A stretch of 64,000 nucleotides of DNA from Myxococcota bacterium (GTDB lineage: Bacteria > Myxococcota_A > UBA796 > SXON01). Below, piece after piece: positions 61,745-64,000 of this stretch; within the stretch, counting starts at the first letter, position 1, and each line of letters starts with the position of its first letter. The position numbers and the translations under genes are program-made. The stretch is taken from NCBI GenBank assembly GCA_040386535.1, contig JAZKFH010000039.1, positions 92,474-156,473 of the forward strand, read 5' to 3'. The notes under the pieces are model-generated. The model worked only from the letters and a program-made list of their open reading frames with translations, was not told where the DNA came from and did not search any database.

Positions 61745-62785
61745 ATGCAGGACTGGATCTGGCTCGCGCTTACCGCGGTGGTGCTGCTGGTGGTCCTCGT
61801 GGGCGGCGCGGTCGCCTTCTCGCGGCGCATGGCGCTCCCGCCGCCGACCGAGACCAAGGCGCTCCCCACCGGGCCCACCACCGCCGAGCGCTTCGCCGCC
61901 GCCCTCCAGCGCACGCGGGATGCCCTCGGCGGCTCGTTGCGTGCGGTGTTCGGCCGCGAGCTGGCGGACGAGGAGGCCTACGAGGGCCTGGAGGAGGCCC
62001 TTCTGCGCGCCGACTGCGGCACGCGCGCCACCACCGCGCTGTTGACGGAGCTGCGGACCCGCGTCCCCGCGAAGGCGCCTGCGTCAGACCTCCGGAGGGC
62101 CCTGCGGACGCTGGTGCGGGAGCGGCTCGAGCGCCATTCCACCGCGCTCGCGACCGTGGAGAGCGGCCCCCTCGTCATCCTCGTCGTCGGGGTGAACGGC
62201 AGTGGCAAGACCACCACCATCGGCAAGCTCGCGGCGCGCTACCGGCAGGAGGGCAAGACCGTGCTCCTCGGCGCGGGAGACACGTTCCGCGCGGGCGCCA
62301 TCGAGCAGCTCAAGGTGTGGGGCGAGCGCGCGGACGCCCCGGTGATCGCGCATCAGGAGGGCGCCGATCCCGCGGCGGTGTGCCACGACACGCTCCAGGC
62401 CGCCGTCGCCCGGGGCATCGACGTCGTCATCTGTGACACGGCTGGCCGCCTCCAGGCGCAGAAGACCCTCATGGACGAGCTCGCCAAGGTGCGGAAGGTC
62501 ATCGGGCGCATCGTCCCGGGCGCCCCCCACGAGACCCTCCTCGTGCTCGACGGCACCATGGGCCAGAACGCGTTCTCCCAGGCGCGCGTTTTCAAGGACG
62601 TGGCGGGCGTCACCGGCGTGGCCCTCACGAAGCTCGACGGGACCGCAAAGGGCGGCGTGATCATCGGCGTCTCCGAGGAGTTCGGCCTCGCGGTCAAGCT
62701 CGTCGGCGTCGGCGAGAAGATCGACGACCTGCGGCCGTTCGATCCCGCGGCGTTCGCGGGCGCGTTGTTCCCGGACGCGGATTGA
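61745..62785 (+). CDS. ftsY: Signal recognition particle receptor FtsY
   Basis: GVNGSGKTTTIGKLA, DTFRAGA, DTAGRL, TKLDGTAKGG; N-terminal TM helix. Confidence 0.97.
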   Translation: MQDWIWLALTAVVLLVVLVGGAVAFSRRMALPPPTETKALPTGPTTAERFAAALQRTRDALGGSLRAVFGRELADEEAYEGLEEALLRADCGTRATTALLTELRTRVPAKAPASDLRRALRTLVRERLERHSTALATVESGPLVILVVGVNGSGKTTTIGKLAARYRQEGKTVLLGAGDTFRAGAIEQLKVWGERADAPVIAHQEGADPAAVCHDTLQAAVARGIDVVICDTAGRLQAQKTLMDELAKVRKVIGRIVPGAPHETLLVLDGTMGQNAFSQARVFKDVAGVTGVALTKLDGTAKGGVIIGVSEEFGLAVKLVGVGEKIDDLRPFDPAAFAGALFPDAD

Positions 62786-62816
62786 CGCGAGGGGAGGGTT
62801 CGCTTAGCGGAGCGCC

Positions 62817-63131
62817 GTGCAGAAGCAGATCACCATCCTCGGCCGTTCGTACACCCTCCGCGCGGATGAGGATGACGACCTCGAGCACGCCGCGGCAGAC
62901 GTCGATCGGCGCCTTCGCGCGCTCATCGCCCGAGCGCCCAGCTTCGACAGCTACACCTCCGCGCTGCTGACCGCGCTCAACCTCGCGTCCGAGCTGCGGG
63001 CGCTCAAGGTCCGTTATCGGTCGCGCCTCGAGGAGCTCGATCACGCCGCGGCGGCGGTCGAGGCTGTGCTCGAGGCGGCGGTCGCCGACGACTCGGACAC
63101 GGGGGATACGGGCCCCGAGGAGGCATCGTGA
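62817..63131 (+). CDS. zapA: Cell division protein ZapA
   Basis: ITILGRSYTLR, AADVDRRL, LLTALNLASEL, then a coiled coil. Confidence 0.85.
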   Translation: MQKQITILGRSYTLRADEDDDLEHAAADVDRRLRALIARAPSFDSYTSALLTALNLASELRALKVRYRSRLEELDHAAAAVEAVLEAAVADDSDTGDTGPEEAS

Positions 63132-63628
63132 AAGAGGCCGTGTTCACTCGTCTCACCGGCCTGTTTGACCGCTTCACCGCGATCGTCGAACGTCCGCGCG
63201 TCCTCGGCGCCATGATCGGGATCCCTACGAGCATCGTGCTCGGGCTCGCGGTCTGGTTGACCCCCGCGACCCAGGGGTTCGGCACCCACATCCAGCTGGG
63301 GCTCGGCGGCTGCGCCATGCTCACGATGACAGGCTGGCCCTGCCCGATGTGTGGCATGACCACCACCTTCTCCCTGATGGCACACCTGCGGCCCCTCGAG
63401 GCCCTGGTGACCCAGCCCTTCGGCATCGTCCTGTTCCTGCTGACCGTGGTCGGCGCGGTCCTCGGCATGGGGGACCTCCTGACCAACCGCGGGCTCCTCA
63501 ACGGCTTGTTCCGCTGGGTGGGACGCCGCGAGCAGGTGGTCGCTCTTGGGCTGCTCTTCGGCATGATCGGGGGCTGGATCTACAAGTGCATCCGCATGCA
63601 CCCCGAGGTCTTGTCCTTCCTGTCTTGA
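63128..63628 (+). CDS. DUF2752-like membrane protein
   Basis: GTHIQLGL, C..LTMTGWPCPMCGMTT, QPFG; three TM helices. Confidence 0.8.
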   Translation: MKEAVFTRLTGLFDRFTAIVERPRVLGAMIGIPTSIVLGLAVWLTPATQGFGTHIQLGLGGCAMLTMTGWPCPMCGMTTTFSLMAHLRPLEALVTQPFGIVLFLLTVVGAVLGMGDLLTNRGLLNGLFRWVGRREQVVALGLLFGMIGGWIYKCIRMHPEVLSFLS

Positions 63629-63877
63629 CAGGGGAGCTCGACGTGCTACTTGGGCCGGGTCGATGCGGTCACCCTGCGCGACGGTCCTCGGTCGGTCTCC
63701 TCGGAGACGCACTCATGAAAAAGTGCTTGACGGAGGGGGCGCCCAGGGGTAAATGGCCGAACGAACGGAAGCCGAAGTGAAACTCGGTCAATCCGGTGCG
63801 GCCCCCGAGCCGCTGCCTCGTCGTCGCCGGCATCCCTGAAAAAGATGCTTGACGGTGAAACGGCGGCACAGTAAAAG
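63625..63877 (+). promoter_or_regulatory. Two or three tandem sigma70-type promoters, probably rRNA operon promoters
   Basis: TTGACA(63625)-16-TACTTG; TGAAAAAGTGC-TTGACG(63727)-17-TAAATG; TGAAAAAGATGC-TTGACG(63849)-17-TAAAAG, with A-tract UP-like elements. Confidence 0.7.
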
Positions 63878-63947
63878 GGGCAGCACGAACGGCAACCGGG
63901 AAGGAGACTTCTCGCGCGTCATCGGACGAACGCCAAGGCGCTCGAGC

Positions 63948-63967
63948 CGGTCTTTGAAAAATTGGTA
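63948..63967 (+). promoter_or_regulatory. boxA-like antitermination element of an rRNA operon leader
   Basis: GGTCTTTGAAAATTGG downstream of tandem promoters, in an AT-richer non-coding stretch at the window end. The 16S gene itself is not in the window. Confidence 0.65.
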
Positions 63968-64000
63968 GTAGTTTCTGTAACGTTCAATAGAGTTTCGGCT

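Noticed and set aside
63660..63836. Possible 6S RNA downstream of zapA (ends GATGC...GCATC could pair; length is similar)
   Set aside because: No continuous long stem with a central bubble is visible, and the region is better explained by tandem promoters plus boxA; an Infernal search with the 6S model would settle it.

Overview
High-GC (roughly 70-75% by eye) bacterial chromosomal segment. The gene repertoire (Ser/Thr kinase-PEGA protein, Asp/Cys-rich putative metal-binding repeat proteins, three-gene AGPAT-type pfa cluster, rrn-type boxA) suggests a Myxococcota/deltaproteobacterial organism; this is inference. Left to right: sbcC (partial) and sbcD; a cytochrome c lipoprotein; a hybrid sensor kinase; oleABCD olefin biosynthesis genes; hemH; a PMT-like glycosyltransferase; a large repeat lipoprotein with a C-type lectin tip; a coupled four-gene membrane operon (Lgt paralogue, alpha/beta hydrolase, His-motif membrane protein, GT-C-like protein); a myxobacterial-type PUFA synthase (pfa1-pfa2-pfa3); two GT9 and one GT4 glycosyltransferase; a Ser/Thr kinase operon; an APC-USP transporter; an LMW phosphatase; a cyclophilin; deoC-deoB-deoA/pdp-(TonB-C-like protein)-nupC; smc-ftsY-zapA-DUF2752; and tandem promoters plus boxA of a probable rRNA operon leader. 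Top observation: pfa2 and pfa3 each carry the same 14-nt motif TCCCTTTTGATGGT at a domain boundary. It forms an in-frame C-CCU-UUU slippery heptamer, an immediate UGA in the -1 frame, a 6-nt spacer and a GC-rich hairpin. This is the layout of a programmed -1 ribosomal frameshift, which would make short isoforms of both PUFA-synthase subunits (one without KR/DH, one without the AGPAT off-loading region), close to an oleABCD cluster that could consume the released acyl chains. Other notable points: a probable CTG start for pfa1, a DeoC with an encapsulation-peptide-like N-terminus, and a triple TonB-C-like protein inside the deo operon. No database searches were possible; all calls come from motifs read in the sequence.
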